This document shows, one piece after another, positions 32,299 through 43,632 of a stretch of DNA of 64,000 nucleotides (positions are counted from its first letter, which is position 1; each line of letters starts with the position of its first letter). Both the position numbers and the translations under genes were made by a program. The notes beneath the pieces were generated by a model, which ran no database searches, had not been told where the DNA came from, and saw only the letters and a list, made by a program, of their open reading frames with translations. This DNA is from Pelagomonas calceolata (taxonomy: Eukaryota). The stretch lies in assembly GCA_918797485.1 (NCBI GenBank), contig CAKKNE010000006.1:310001-374000 (forward strand). The letters run 5' to 3'.

Positions 32299-34380
32299 AT
32301 GCCCGCAAGGAAGCAGGGCCTCCGCGCGCGCGCCCAGCGCCACGCGGCCGTCGGCGACGACGGCAAGCTGTTGTTCGACCATCCGGCGTTCAAGGACCTG
32401 TTGGATTCCCACGCGACCTGTTCGTCTCCCCACGTCGAGAAGGAGACCGTGACGGTCGACGACGCGAGAAACGGGTTTGACGTTCCTGTGATTGTGAGGA
32501 AGCCCCACAAAGCTAACCTAGGATTGAGGATGCCGAAGCCGTCGTTATCACCGCGAGACGTGGCCAATGCGACCTGCCCGAAGTCGCTCATTCCTATCTT
32601 GGATGTGAAATTGCAGACGTCGCAGAAAAGGGCCTCTCTAGACGAATGGTGCCAGTACTGGGAACGAACGCCGCGCGCGAAAGTGCTCAATGTCATTTCG
32701 TTGGAGATTACCGGTACCGTGTTGGGTGCCCAAGTGAAAGCGCCGGACTTCGTCGATGAAGTGGACTGGAGCGCGACGGCGTGGCCTGCGGATGCGCCGC
32801 CTTCGACGTTCAAGCACGAGGGCTGCGGCTGCGACGGCGGGAAGAGGATTCCTACGCTTGTCACGGCCCGAAGGATGCTCGGTTTAGAACCCTTGACCAA
32901 GGGTGACGAGGAGGAAGGTGACAAGGTCCAGCACAAGAACAGCGCTCGACTGCTCTCGCCGCCGCGCGTGCGCAAGTACGTGCTCATGAGCGTCGCCGGG
33001 AGCTTCACGGACTTCCACGTGGACTTTGGCGGGACGAGCGTGTGGTACCACGTGCTGCGAGGGGCCAAGCGCATGTACTTGGCACCTCCAACGGAAAAAA
33101 ATTTGGACGCGTTCAAGCGGTGGACGCGCGGGTCGCAGCGCGAGAAGACGTTTGCGGAGTATCTGACGGGCAAAGTCTGCGCCGTCGACCTGCATGAAGG
33201 TGATACATTGATCATCCCGTCGGGCTGGATCCACGCGGTCTACACGCCTGTGGATTCGATGGTTTTTGGCGGAAATTTCTTAACTATGAGCCATGTGCCA
33301 TCGCAACTCCGAATATGTTCTGTTGAGGACTCACTAGATGTAGCACCAGAGGCTAGATTTCCGAACAACGGCGCGGTCATGTGGTACGCTCTACTTAGAG
33401 CTGCTGATGCTTTGAATGAAAGTCTGGCGTTCGACGCTGACGATCATTCCGAGAGAGCCTGGGCCGCGTTCCGACGGGCCCCTTCGACGATAGCGGAACG
33501 AAGCGGCCTCAAGCTGCTCGCTAGTTTCCTGCGGAAGACGCTGCAGTCGTCCAAGTTCGCGGCGGGGGTCACGGCCCCGCCCGACGAAATTGCGGACGTC
33601 TGCACGTACGCGACGCTGGATGCCGTCGACGCGATGCTGAAGGGTGAGCGTTGTGTCGACGTGGTCCAGAAGGGCGTCCTCATCAAAGGTGTGTCGACTC
33701 TGGGCTTGTCCGCGGCAACTTTACGATGCAACGTGCGCGTGCCTCAAAGATTCCACCCAGATAATCGTGCGTCTCTTATGGAGGCGGGCGGCGCGCGGCG
33801 GCGGAAGCCCGGGGAACTGAAAAGGCGCGCGGCCGCCGTCGCGGGACGGTTTGTGGCCGCCTGCGCGGCGGCGGCCCGCGCCGAGGACGCGGAGCCGTGG
33901 CAGGAGAGGGCCGAGCGGCGGCGGGTCGAACGAGAGCGCGCGGCCGCCCACGCGGTCGCGCGTGCCGCGGCGGCAGCCCTGGAGATGCCGCCGCTGCCGC
34001 CGCTGAAGAAGCCGCGCTCAGCGTACCTACGCTTGCCGCCCTTCGTCGAGGCGGGCGAAACGGTCGACGTGCCGCTGCCGCCGTCGCTCTTAACAGCGCG
34101 GCGGCGGCGGCAAGGCCCGGCGACGACGCGCGTCGTCGTCCCAGCGGACGCGTTGCCTCACCGCGTGATGAAAGTATTGGTACCGGCCGATGACATGGAC
34201 GTCGTCGTGGGCGCGCCGGCGCCGGCGCCGCCGCCGACCGTCGAGGAGATCCGGGCCGCCTACCAGCGGGAGCAGGCGGCGGCGCCGCGACCACCGCCGC
34301 GGCCGGCGCCGCCGCCGCGCGAAAAGTCCGCGCGGCAGCAGGCGCGGAAGCGGGCGCGGGCGGTGACGCAGGATTCATGA
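32299..34380 (+). CDS. JmjC histone demethylase, KDM2/KDM7 (JHDM1)-type
   Basis: LNVISLE, FTDFHVDFGGTSVWYHVLRGAK, IPSGWIHAVYTP.DS.VFGGNFL. Confidence 0.9.
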   Translation: MPARKQGLRARAQRHAAVGDDGKLLFDHPAFKDLLDSHATCSSPHVEKETVTVDDARNGFDVPVIVRKPHKANLGLRMPKPSLSPRDVANATCPKSLIPILDVKLQTSQKRASLDEWCQYWERTPRAKVLNVISLEITGTVLGAQVKAPDFVDEVDWSATAWPADAPPSTFKHEGCGCDGGKRIPTLVTARRMLGLEPLTKGDEEEGDKVQHKNSARLLSPPRVRKYVLMSVAGSFTDFHVDFGGTSVWYHVLRGAKRMYLAPPTEKNLDAFKRWTRGSQREKTFAEYLTGKVCAVDLHEGDTLIIPSGWIHAVYTPVDSMVFGGNFLTMSHVPSQLRICSVEDSLDVAPEARFPNNGAVMWYALLRAADALNESLAFDADDHSERAWAAFRRAPSTIAERSGLKLLASFLRKTLQSSKFAAGVTAPPDEIADVCTYATLDAVDAMLKGERCVDVVQKGVLIKGVSTLGLSAATLRCNVRVPQRFHPDNRASLMEAGGARRRKPGELKRRAAAVAGRFVAACAAAARAEDAEPWQERAERRRVERERAAAHAVARAAAAALEMPPLPPLKKPRSAYLRLPPFVEAGETVDVPLPPSLLTARRRRQGPATTRVVVPADALPHRVMKVLVPADDMDVVVGAPAPAPPPTVEEIRAAYQREQAAAPRPPPRPAPPPREKSARQQARKRARAVTQDS

Positions 34381-34741
34381 GGTCCGTCGTAATCCAAATT
34401 GAGTATCCACCGAGGTACTTCCGGCCGAGGAGTCGGCGCCGGAGGGAGGAGGGCTGGAGCGCTCGCGTGCTGCAACGCCTCGCGTCGTGGCGCGCGACAC
34501 CGGAGGAGGAGGTCTACTAGTAATTTACACCATTTAAAAAACCCAACCACCCGTTCCACAGTGCCTTGACCGTCGTGATCAGCAGGAAGGCCTGGGAAAT
34601 CGAGATGGACATCGCGTTCGGGAGCCGTGGACCCGCAACCTCCGGGGGGCACGCGGCGCAGCCGCCGGCATACGGGCCCACAGCGTCGGTACTATCACCA
34701 CGGACCGTGATCATGGCACCCTGCCCGAGGATCTCCAGGCT

Positions 34742-37700
34742 ATGCTTAAGGTACTCTTTTTGTCCACCGGGGCACTCGCGGGCTTTCTTGGTCCCACAAC
34801 TGCCGCTCCGTTGCGTCTCGTGTGCATCTCTCCGCACGATTCAGTGCATTTTCGCCCCGCACGCGCGCCGCGCATTTCAAACGCGTATCAGGCGTCGACC
34901 ATGGAGCGCCTCGACAGAGAGACGCAGCCAACACGGCAAGTGAGCACAGCTCTCGCACAGACCGCTAGCGGTCAGAACGACCAGAACCGAAGAAAGCGCG
35001 ACTTCTCTGCTGCAAATGACGAGCAATGCGACGCGACAGGCTCCTGCAGCGGCTGCGCGCGACGCGACGAGCCGCAGCAACAACACAAGGCCTCAACCAC
35101 TATCGGCGTCGATGCGTTCGCGCCGCCAATCGGCGAACGCGCTCCGCTTAGCAAAGGCGCCGCCGCGCCAGAAATATTTGAAGACGGCCTCGACGACGGC
35201 GTCAAGAGCGCCGCGCCGGCCGCAAAGAAGCTCAAACAGGGGCCGACGCAGTTCGGCGCGACGCCTGGGACGGCGACACCCGCCTTAGAAGTGCCGGAGT
35301 GGTGCGATCCAGGAGGATCGCTCCAAAATAGTAATGTGGGATGGCGCGTGGATCTTCCGGGCGTCGAGCGCGCGGCTCCTGCGCCAGCACCACGCCTTGA
35401 ATGGCGCCGCTTCTTCCCACTGCTCGGAGTGTCCCCGGCGAGCGACGGAAGCGGCCTATCTTTTTTACCTCAGGCAGAAGCGTCCCCGGTGGCGCAGCTC
35501 CTTCTTCAGTTAGATTTTCTGAGAAGAACTGACCGAAACTCGATAAACTTTACGTCGGGCCACGTTGTCACAGCGGTGGGCGAAGTCCAAAGTCTTATCT
35601 CAGAGTGCGGCTATGATTGGTCGCCTAAAATGCAACAGAAACTAGAGACAACTCTGAACTCATCAGCTAACGTTGAATACGCGTTACGGTATGCAACAAT
35701 GGCATTAAATTTTCTGGTACGAGAGGTCCTGCTCTATTTAGCACCGGACGCCGCACCCCTTGATCAACTCGCTACCGTTGAGAGTACTAAGAAAGGAGCT
35801 TTTTGTGATAGCTACGATCAAATAGGGCTCCTCCACGAGTTGGCCCTGATCTTTTCACGGTTTCCTACAAAAATGCAGAAGCGCGGTGGCCTAGGAGCCG
35901 TGCATCGTGCGCTACGAGGCGGTCGCGCATCTCCGCCGCCTCCCACATCTGCTGCGTCTCTTAGTTCGGTCGGGACGACGCCATCTGCCACGATTGCCGC
36001 GGCGGACTCCTCTTCTGTCACGGTCGCGACGTTGTCGTCGGCCCGGGACGCCACGATGGAGCCCGTATGCCCTCCACTACCTCCTGTGCCTCCTACATCG
36101 TCTAGTTTGGGCGGGACGCTGCCATCAACCGAGTCGGTCGCGCCGTCGTCCTCCTTGACAAATAATGTCAAACCCACGTCCGACACGGCCGCCTCGACCA
36201 AGGCCTATCCATCAGAAGGCGCCCTCGCCGACCTGAGAAGAAGACTAGCCTCCCGGGAGAACAAGGACAATAGCCTCGGCGCGACCGCCATGGTTGTTGA
36301 TGAGAAAAGCTCGGCGCCGGACCCTCAAGTTCTCGCGGAGCTGATCGAGAATTACTCGTTTGATTTGCCGGACGGCTCCGAAGCTTTAACAAAAAAAGAC
36401 ATCAAGATTGGCGACGTCTTATATACTGTTCCTATTAACAATGGCTCGATGCCCCTCTGCCGGGTTGAGAAAATCAGCGGTGGTTATGTTCATGTGAAGG
36501 ACTCCACCAACAACGGAGGGGGGAAGGCCTCCAAGCCTCGCCCGGGCATGCTGAGAAGAGCCTCTCGGGATGATGTTAATAGGTTCCCTCCGAAGGACGG
36601 GCCCTTGACGGAGGCGCCGCTCCTCGCGACGCCTCCGCCACCGATCTCGCTGCCGCCAAACGATATTATTACTAAGGTAGTTGATGGACTGCGCTGCCTT
36701 CTTTTAGAACGGGACCTCCGCTTCGGAGGATATGGCGACAAGGAGAGACGCCGGATGCAATCTCCAGTCGAGACCGTATCTGATGCTTTAGATCTGCTTC
36801 AGTTCGTAGTTTGTACCTTAGACGGCGCCCTCTCGGCCATCGACGGAGATAGGAAGCGGACGATAGGTCAAAAATCGCTCGATACATTTAATAGGGAGGT
36901 GCGGCCTCTGGTGCTGTTCGAGTCCTTGCGGAGCCTCCTCAAAGAGTGGGCCAAGGTCCCGGAACACGTAAGACCGCCGTTCCTTACTACCCCGGTCGCC
37001 CAAGCCAGCAACGACTCAATCCTCACAAAACCGCGGGACCGCAAGACGACGGAGCGATTAGCGGATGACCTGGACGCGCAGAAGTCTTCATACTGTGCGC
37101 GGTACGCGGTGCGGCCGGAGACGGAGGCGTCGTGCGCGAACTGCGGCGTGGCGTTTACTTATACTGGTCATGAGCACCGCTGGAAGTGCTCGAAGGACGA
37201 CTGCAAGAAAGTATTTTGCGGTGAGTGCGCTGGTCTGGCTTCCCAACAACCCTTGAACAGCAAGTGGGTGTGTCGCCTCTGCAAGTCCAGTGAGCCTATC
37301 GACGTAGTAAAGCCGACGCAAACAAGTGGAAGTCTGATTCACGGCAGCAAGATTAGGTTGTTAGTTACGGGCCGCATTAGATTAGCGTTGGGCGATGACT
37401 ACGAACCGTACTGCAAGTACATGGGCCCCAAGTTCGGGAGCAAAGCCTGGTATGATTTAGAGGTGTTCACTGGAGCGTACGAGGGCGAAGCGGCGTGCCG
37501 CCGCTTCACGAAAAGCACCGAGGGCACGGCGTCCATCCTCATTGACTGGAAAGGCAACGGCGTCTTCGCGGTCTTCGACGAGTTCTGGGACTACTGCCGC
37601 GAGCCGGGCGAGACGCCTCTCCAAGTAGCGGAACGCATGACGGTCGAGGTCCACCCGGGCTTTGAGGTCATCGCCGGGCTGTTCAGGTGGGGTGTTCTAG

Positions 37701-38512
37701 ATTATTTAGATGGTGCCAAGGGCGGCTTTGTTGGTGGCTGGCGCATGCAGAAGCTGCGCGACGACCATGGCGTGGGCCAGAGTTCCATGCCGACGGTGTC
37801 CGACTTCCTAGCCTTGCCGTACCAGGAGTGCCTCGAGCACCTCAACGACCCGGAGTGGCCGACGCCCGAGCTCAAGGACATGTTCTGCGAGTACGGCGCC
37901 GAGGAAGCACGGCGCCTGGCTAGTTCCGGTCCCGACGTCCCGCCGGCGCGGCAACCCGCTCAGGGCCCGGGCTCGCGGAACCACGCGTTGGAGACGCCGG
38001 CGGTCATCGTGGCGGACCGCGCGGACCGAGATGTTCGGGAGCGCGCGACCCTCGAGTTCCTTTTGGCGTTCAAGGCGGGCCGGCTCCACGATCCTGCGAT
38101 GCAGGTCATCGACGGCCTCCACCGTATCTCTGGGTGGCTCTCAATCGCCTGCGCGGACGGCAACCTCGGCGCGGACCAGCACATCAAGCAGCAGACGCCC
38201 CTTTACTTAGCAGCGGTTCGGGTCCGCGAGCTGATGGGTGAATCTGAGACGCGCGGGCCGTTCATCCGGTCCCCGCTCAACAATTTCCTTTGTACTGGAG
38301 CCGGAGACGGCAGCGACCTCGACAAATTACGCCATCACTGGAACGTCTTCATGGGCGCGTCCTGGCGCGCGCGCTACCGCGAGACGCCCACCTCCGAGTA
38401 CAAGTACGTCGAGCTCACCGCTGTGTGGGAGAAACACGATCCCGCGGCGCGCGCCGCCGGCCCGGAGGCGCTGCCGGCGCCCTCGTTCCGGGCTCCGCGC
38501 TCGCGCAACTGA
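34742..38512 (+). CDS. Large intronless protein with a PHD-like zinc finger and a C-terminal IDGLHR (ParB/Srx-like) motif; true start may be 34901
   Basis: 1256-aa ORF; CANC..C..C..FCGEC..W.C..C at 37133-37282; IDGLHR at ~38108-38125. Confidence 0.7.
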   Translation: MLKVLFLSTGALAGFLGPTTAAPLRLVCISPHDSVHFRPARAPRISNAYQASTMERLDRETQPTRQVSTALAQTASGQNDQNRRKRDFSAANDEQCDATGSCSGCARRDEPQQQHKASTTIGVDAFAPPIGERAPLSKGAAAPEIFEDGLDDGVKSAAPAAKKLKQGPTQFGATPGTATPALEVPEWCDPGGSLQNSNVGWRVDLPGVERAAPAPAPRLEWRRFFPLLGVSPASDGSGLSFLPQAEASPVAQLLLQLDFLRRTDRNSINFTSGHVVTAVGEVQSLISECGYDWSPKMQQKLETTLNSSANVEYALRYATMALNFLVREVLLYLAPDAAPLDQLATVESTKKGAFCDSYDQIGLLHELALIFSRFPTKMQKRGGLGAVHRALRGGRASPPPPTSAASLSSVGTTPSATIAAADSSSVTVATLSSARDATMEPVCPPLPPVPPTSSSLGGTLPSTESVAPSSSLTNNVKPTSDTAASTKAYPSEGALADLRRRLASRENKDNSLGATAMVVDEKSSAPDPQVLAELIENYSFDLPDGSEALTKKDIKIGDVLYTVPINNGSMPLCRVEKISGGYVHVKDSTNNGGGKASKPRPGMLRRASRDDVNRFPPKDGPLTEAPLLATPPPPISLPPNDIITKVVDGLRCLLLERDLRFGGYGDKERRRMQSPVETVSDALDLLQFVVCTLDGALSAIDGDRKRTIGQKSLDTFNREVRPLVLFESLRSLLKEWAKVPEHVRPPFLTTPVAQASNDSILTKPRDRKTTERLADDLDAQKSSYCARYAVRPETEASCANCGVAFTYTGHEHRWKCSKDDCKKVFCGECAGLASQQPLNSKWVCRLCKSSEPIDVVKPTQTSGSLIHGSKIRLLVTGRIRLALGDDYEPYCKYMGPKFGSKAWYDLEVFTGAYEGEAACRRFTKSTEGTASILIDWKGNGVFAVFDEFWDYCREPGETPLQVAERMTVEVHPGFEVIAGLFRWGVLDYLDGAKGGFVGGWRMQKLRDDHGVGQSSMPTVSDFLALPYQECLEHLNDPEWPTPELKDMFCEYGAEEARRLASSGPDVPPARQPAQGPGSRNHALETPAVIVADRADRDVRERATLEFLLAFKAGRLHDPAMQVIDGLHRISGWLSIACADGNLGADQHIKQQTPLYLAAVRVRELMGESETRGPFIRSPLNNFLCTGAGDGSDLDKLRHHWNVFMGASWRARYRETPTSEYKYVELTAVWEKHDPAARAAGPEALPAPSFRAPRSRN

Positions 38513-38654
38513 CTTCGCGGGCATCCCCTCCCCTATCTGTCTGAAGCAAGAGTAAGACGTTTTCGCGTTGATTAAATTGGCGCACCGTGGTCGATGAATG
38601 GGATGGGTTGGGCTTGCGGTCGTCGACGAGGGGGGAGCAGTAAGTCGATAACAC

Positions 38655-38655
38655 T

Positions 38656-38686
<31 letters not shown>
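38655..38686. repeat. (ATTT)n microsatellite next to the stop codon of the minus-strand gene
   Basis: About 8 ATTT-type units. Confidence 0.9.
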
Positions 38687-38690
<4 letters not shown>

Positions 38691-39950
38691 GAACAACCCT
38701 ACGAGCCAGTTCCACACCGCACCGATGGCCGTGAGCACGATGAAGAGCAGGACCGAGAGGTAGCCGACGCCGAGGAGACAGTCCGGGTAGCCCGAGGCGC
38801 CACACCACCCCGGGGACACCTGCGTCACGACGATGGCCAGGCCTCCCACGACCGCCACAACGCCGCCGCCGTACGCATCCCAGCAGCCGCGGCCGCACGC
38901 GACGTATGGGCCCGCCGAACGCCGCTCGCTCTCGGCCGTGTAGGCGCCGGCGGTGCTGATGACGTAGACGCCGCCGAAGATGAGCGCCAGGCCGGAGGCC
39001 AGGAACCGCCGCCGCAGCATCACGTCCGGGAAGAAGCGCTTCGGCCAGCCGAGCGCGGCGAAGACGGCGGCGGCCACGGCGAGGCAGAGCGCGGCGCCCA
39101 CGAGCGCGTCGAATTGATGCGAGCAGTCCGAGCCGTCGACGGCGTCGCGGATTGCGGTGCCGCATTCGCCCTCGGAGCAGGGCGCGCAGCCCCCGCCCTT
39201 GACCTCCTGTGACAAGGCTCGGGTTTCTCCCTCCCCCCACTCCTTCCATCCACCATTTACCGTCCAACCATGGAGATCGTAGGCCAGATCGACGTCGAAG
39301 TAGCACGAGCAGTCCCAATCCCAGCTGCCGGAGCCATACCAACACTCAGACTTGTATCTGTCAGAGTCATACTCGTACTTCGTCTCTGGCGTCTTCGAGC
39401 AAGCGTACCAGCACTCGCAGTGGTCTTTGGGGTCGAGGGTGGCCGCGGCCCAGTGCCGGTTCTCCAGCAGCGCGAAGAGCTCGAGGAGGGCCACGAGCAG
39501 CGCCGTGCCCATCAGCGGCGTGACGCGCTCCTGCTGCTTCTTTTGCTCCGCAGGGCTAGGCTCCGCGGCGGCCTCCGGTTGGCGCGCCGCCTCCGCGTCG
39601 TAGTCCTCGTTGCGGCGCGCCTCGCGTTCACGCGCGCGCTCGCGTGCCCGCCGCCGCTCCTCCGCTGCGGCGGGTCCCTCGGAGATGGAGCGCGCCCGCT
39701 CAAGCGAGCGGCCCGGGTCCTGCCGCGCCTGCTGGCCGCGGACGGCGGCCTGGACGCGCGTCGCGCACTGCACGCGCGTCGCCGGCGCGAACGGCGCCGT
39801 CGAGTGGCCCGCGACGGGCGCCGCGATCACGGGCTGCAGTGCGCGCGCCTCCGGCACTCGACGCTTCCGCGCCTCCGCCTCGGCCAGGCGCCGCCGCAGT
39901 GCGGCCAGTTCTTCGCGTAGGGCGTCGGCCTTGCTTTGCGTCGCGCTCAT
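38685..39950 (-). CDS. Membrane protein with an IQ-like motif, a Cys-rich loop and ~5 TM helices
   Basis: ATRVQAAVRGQQAR; CECWYAC..; hydrophobic segments. Confidence 0.65.
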
Positions 39951-40149
39951 GGCGTCGCACTGCTGTTACAGCGCTGTAGCAGCACGGGCTGGGGCTGCCC
40001 CACCCCACTTGGTCTCAGGCTGCGAGCGGTGGCGGCGTCACTGATGCCGGAGACGTTGTTGTCGGCGGCTATATTTGTGCTCGTGAACGAGAACGTGCGG
40101 TGCCGGCCTGCACTGCACGAGCTCCTGCCCCCGTTTCTCCGTTAGTGCA

Positions 40150-40171
40150 GCTAGCGGTGTAACACACTAGC
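40150..40171 (-). promoter_or_regulatory. Intergenic GCTAG..CGCTAGC motif copy, between divergent genes
   Basis: Minus strand GCTAGTGTGTTACACCGCTAGC. Confidence 0.6.
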
Positions 40172-40418
40172 GAACAGGCCCCGGCGCTCGCGTTTTGGCG
40201 TAGGGGTGGCTGCTGCGGCCTATCCACACGCGCCAATTGGTGAAAGTGTTCCAATTATACGTCTGAAAACGAAACGACACGCAACGGGCACGCCTGGGGC
40301 CTCTGCACTGAGCACACAGCACGCCGCCGCCGCAACCCCAATACTGTAAAGCACTCAAATATACCGCTCTCCAGCGCAGCGATACGCCGCGGGAGCACGT
40401 CGCCGCCAAAACAAAACC

Positions 40419-41723
40419 ATGGACAACGACGCCTTCCGCAAGATCATGGCCACGCCGCGGCCCCACGACGGCAAACCAGCCGAGAAATTTGACAAGAAGT
40501 CGATCCGAAAACTTGTGGATGCCGATTTGCAGCGCAGCAAGGCTGGAAGCAAAAAACACAAGCGCGAGAAGCCCGCCAAGGAGAAGAAAGTTTCCCAGAA
40601 GAAGGAGAAGAAGCCGTCGAAGTATCGGGACCGGGCTGAGGAGCGTAGAACGGACACGAACAAAGACTATGAAAAAGATGACAATATTGCCGCTTTGGAG
40701 GTCGATGCGGAGGCCTCGAAGTACTTGGGTGGGGACGTCGCGCACACGCACTTGGTGCGAGGGTTGGATCGGGCTTTGTTAGAAAAGACTCGTACGGATT
40801 TGTCCAAAGCTATGCCGCCACCTGCACCTATCAGTAGACCAAAGGCTGTTGTGAAACAGGCTACGCCATTAGCGAGAGCGGCCCTGTCTTGCTTCGAACC
40901 GGCAGCAAGGTCGGCGACGGCTTCTAGACGAGTGCGCGCGGAGTCTCGGTCCTACGACTTCGCCGGTTTATCAGCACCATCAAAGTACGACGCGCCGCCA
41001 ACCACCATCGTGCGGTCGGCCGCGGATCGGTCCCAGCTCTTCGACGATGAAGCGTCGGCGCCGCGCGTTTCCGCAGAAGTTGTGGCCTGCGCCGTCGCTG
41101 CCCTTTCGAGAAAGGGCTCGCGCAAGCGGAAGAAGGCCTCCGAGAAGGCTGTGCCCGTCACTACTGCCGCGCCCGTCGTTATGGGAGACGACGAGGACAT
41201 CTTTGCCGGTGCCGGTCACTACGTGAAAACGGAAGGTTCACTGGCGGAGCGCGCGGCGGCGTCGCGGCGGGCCGCGGCTGAGGCTGATGAGGACGCGGGC
41301 GACGCGGCTCAAGCGGCGCAGTACCTGCCTCAGAAACCGTCGAAGCCGCCGCCAGCACAAAAAGCCCAGGACTCTGATGATGAATTTGAGGAAGCGGCGA
41401 GGCGTGACGAAGCGGAACCGGTCGTTGTTGTGGAGAAGCCGAAAGAGAAGGGCAATCGCAAAGAAAGGCGCAAGGCCAAGCAGGTGGTCCACCGCGATCC
41501 GATCTGGGGCGGGGCCGTGCCCGCGCCGAAGAAGCAGGCGCTCTCGCGCAATTTTGATGGGAGCGCGGACGCGTACGGGGAAGTCACGATGTACGATTCG
41601 GATGATGAGACCTACGCCATGAAAAAACAAAGGGAGGCCGCGGCCGACGCGGAGGCGGCGTACTACCGGCAGAAGGGGAAGAAGCGGCGGAAGAAGGGTG
41701 ACGACGACGACGAGGGTGAGTAA
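40419..41723 (+). CDS. IK: RED/IK spliceosomal protein
   Basis: NDAFRKIMATPR, YRDRAEERR, SKYLGGD..HTHLVRGLD.ALL. Confidence 0.85.
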   Translation: MDNDAFRKIMATPRPHDGKPAEKFDKKSIRKLVDADLQRSKAGSKKHKREKPAKEKKVSQKKEKKPSKYRDRAEERRTDTNKDYEKDDNIAALEVDAEASKYLGGDVAHTHLVRGLDRALLEKTRTDLSKAMPPPAPISRPKAVVKQATPLARAALSCFEPAARSATASRRVRAESRSYDFAGLSAPSKYDAPPTTIVRSAADRSQLFDDEASAPRVSAEVVACAVAALSRKGSRKRKKASEKAVPVTTAAPVVMGDDEDIFAGAGHYVKTEGSLAERAAASRRAAAEADEDAGDAAQAAQYLPQKPSKPPPAQKAQDSDDEFEEAARRDEAEPVVVVEKPKEKGNRKERRKAKQVVHRDPIWGGAVPAPKKQALSRNFDGSADAYGEVTMYDSDDETYAMKKQREAAADAEAAYYRQKGKKRRKKGDDDDEGE

Positions 41724-42003
41724 TGTGTGGTGTTAGCTATATTCTATCCAGGGGGTCGCTCCGTTCTTGTAAAACCCGTTTTGATGCTTTGTGAGCGCCG
41801 CGCGACACGCGCGACGGCGTACCGGCGGCATAGAGGTGCGTGAGGAGTCGTACACGTCGCCTCCATTAAACGCACGACCGATCTGCTGTGGTTCCGTCTA
41901 TCGCGCGGTTCTTGATTGGTAATTTCAGATTTGACTCCTCAGCAGCCGTTTGTCTCGCCGCGTCTACCAAGCCGCGGGACCCCCAGGCGACATAATCTGA
42001 GAC

Positions 42004-42531
42004 ATGAAAGTGCAGCAAACACTCGCCCAGACCTGGAAGCGGCGCCGCGACTCGGACCACGCCGAGGCGAAGCGGCTGATTGCCGAGCGCGGCGTCGGTC
42101 TCCTCGCGGTGCCGGACGAGGCCGCGCTGCCCTTCCTGCCGCTGGCCTGGCTGATTCCGGCGAACGTGCTCGTGTGCTCGGGCATGAGCTGTCGGGCCGC
42201 CGCGCGCCAGAACGACCTGGGCGACGACGCGGCGGGTTATGTGTTGGCGCTGGCCCTGACCTGGGGCTACGCCATCCTCTGGTCGTGGAGCATCTATCCC
42301 TTCATCTTCAGCGTTCTCTCGAAAACGGAGAATCGCTTCCTGGGCTTCCTGGCGGTCCTGGGCGCCTACGGCGCCTGGGGCGTCGCGAACGCCATCGGCT
42401 GCGTCGTCGCGATGGAGGCCGTCCGGTCGCGCGCCTGGGCTGGGGTGTTCGTCTGGTTCGGCGCGGCGGCGGCGTGGAACGCGTGCCTGTTTTGTCGGAG
42501 GCCTCCGCTGCGCCGGGCGAAGGTCGCGTAG
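42004..42531 (+). CDS. Small multi-pass membrane protein of unknown function
   Basis: 175-aa ORF with ~4 hydrophobic helices, GC3-rich codons. Confidence 0.55.
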   Translation: MKVQQTLAQTWKRRRDSDHAEAKRLIAERGVGLLAVPDEAALPFLPLAWLIPANVLVCSGMSCRAAARQNDLGDDAAGYVLALALTWGYAILWSWSIYPFIFSVLSKTENRFLGFLAVLGAYGAWGVANAIGCVVAMEAVRSRAWAGVFVWFGAAAAWNACLFCRRPPLRRAKVA

Positions 42532-42783
42532 TAATGATTTTACATATCCGCCTCCCCGAGTCCGAACGACATCGTCCAGCAGCCCCTTGCCGACGCCTGC
42601 TTGACGCTCGAGCACTATGTAGACTGGAAGTAAGGATATGTGGGCTAGCGGCGGCGGCGTAAGGGGGGGTGGGGACCAAACTATGGAACGCGTGCCTCTC
42701 CAACGCCCTGTTCTGCGCCGGGAGCTCTGCAGGCTTGCGCGCGCGCACCGTTCGCTGCGCTAGGCGCGCGCCGCGCTCGAGCC

Positions 42784-43458
42784 ATGGCGAGCGTGACGCC
42801 GGTTGCGGGCACGTTCCAGGTGCAGGCGCCGCCGGGTGCGCCGGCGGGCAGCCTCATGCAGGTGACGGCGCCGAACGGGGCATGCGTGCAAGTGACGATT
42901 CCCCCCGGCACGCCCCCCGGCGGCGTCTTCGAGGTGACGATGCCGCCCGCGCCGGTCGTCGTCGGGCAGCCGGTCGTCGTCGGGCAGCCCGGCGTCGCGG
43001 CCGCGCCGGCGCCGCCGCGGCCGAGCCCCCTCGACGCGTCGGTCGGACCCAACGCGTGGGCGCACGGCCTCTTCGACTGCGACGGCCTGGGCTGCTTCGA
43101 CTGCCTCACGCTCGGACTTTTTGGAGGGAGTTGTCGCTACTGCGACGCGGTCGCCTGGTCGGGCGTGGACCCGCTTCAGTTTAATGCCGACAGGGGCGGG
43201 CGCTGCTGCATTTTTTGTCTTGCCATATCCATCGAGGTGGTCCCGTGCCAGGCCATCGCCGCGCACACGATGGCCAGGCTGGCCGTGGCGAGAAAATACG
43301 GGATTAACCAGACGCTGCTGCACGCGTGCTGCATCTCGTGCTGGTGCCCGTGCTGCGCGTTCCGCCAGGTCGAGCGGGAGGTCCTTGCGCAGGAGAAGCT
43401 CCGCTGGGGGTGCTGCGGCTTCTCCGCCGGGGCCGCGCCCGTTGCTTCGGGCGCCTAG
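42784..43458 (+). CDS. PLAC8 family Cys-rich protein
   Basis: WAHGLFDC, RLAVARKYGI, CCISCWCPCCAFRQVERE. Confidence 0.85.
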   Translation: MASVTPVAGTFQVQAPPGAPAGSLMQVTAPNGACVQVTIPPGTPPGGVFEVTMPPAPVVVGQPVVVGQPGVAAAPAPPRPSPLDASVGPNAWAHGLFDCDGLGCFDCLTLGLFGGSCRYCDAVAWSGVDPLQFNADRGGRCCIFCLAISIEVVPCQAIAAHTMARLAVARKYGINQTLLHACCISCWCPCCAFRQVEREVLAQEKLRWGCCGFSAGAAPVASGA

Positions 43459-43632
43459 AGGGCACCGCGCCCCCGCACAGGGGTGAAGGGAGGTCGGCGC
43501 GGAAGACGTCGATCGCGGCGCCCCGGCCGGACCGCAACGCGCGGACGGCGTCGTGAACGCCATCGGCAGCCGCCGCCGGTTCGGCGCCGGGCGAAGGTTG
43601 CGTAATATCTTGATTTACTCGGGGAGACGGAC

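Noticed and set aside
38655..38686. (ATTT)n tract as the tail of a non-LTR retrotransposon containing ORF 34742-38512
   Set aside because: No reverse transcriptase or endonuclease motifs and no TSD; the tract abuts the stop codon of the opposite gene
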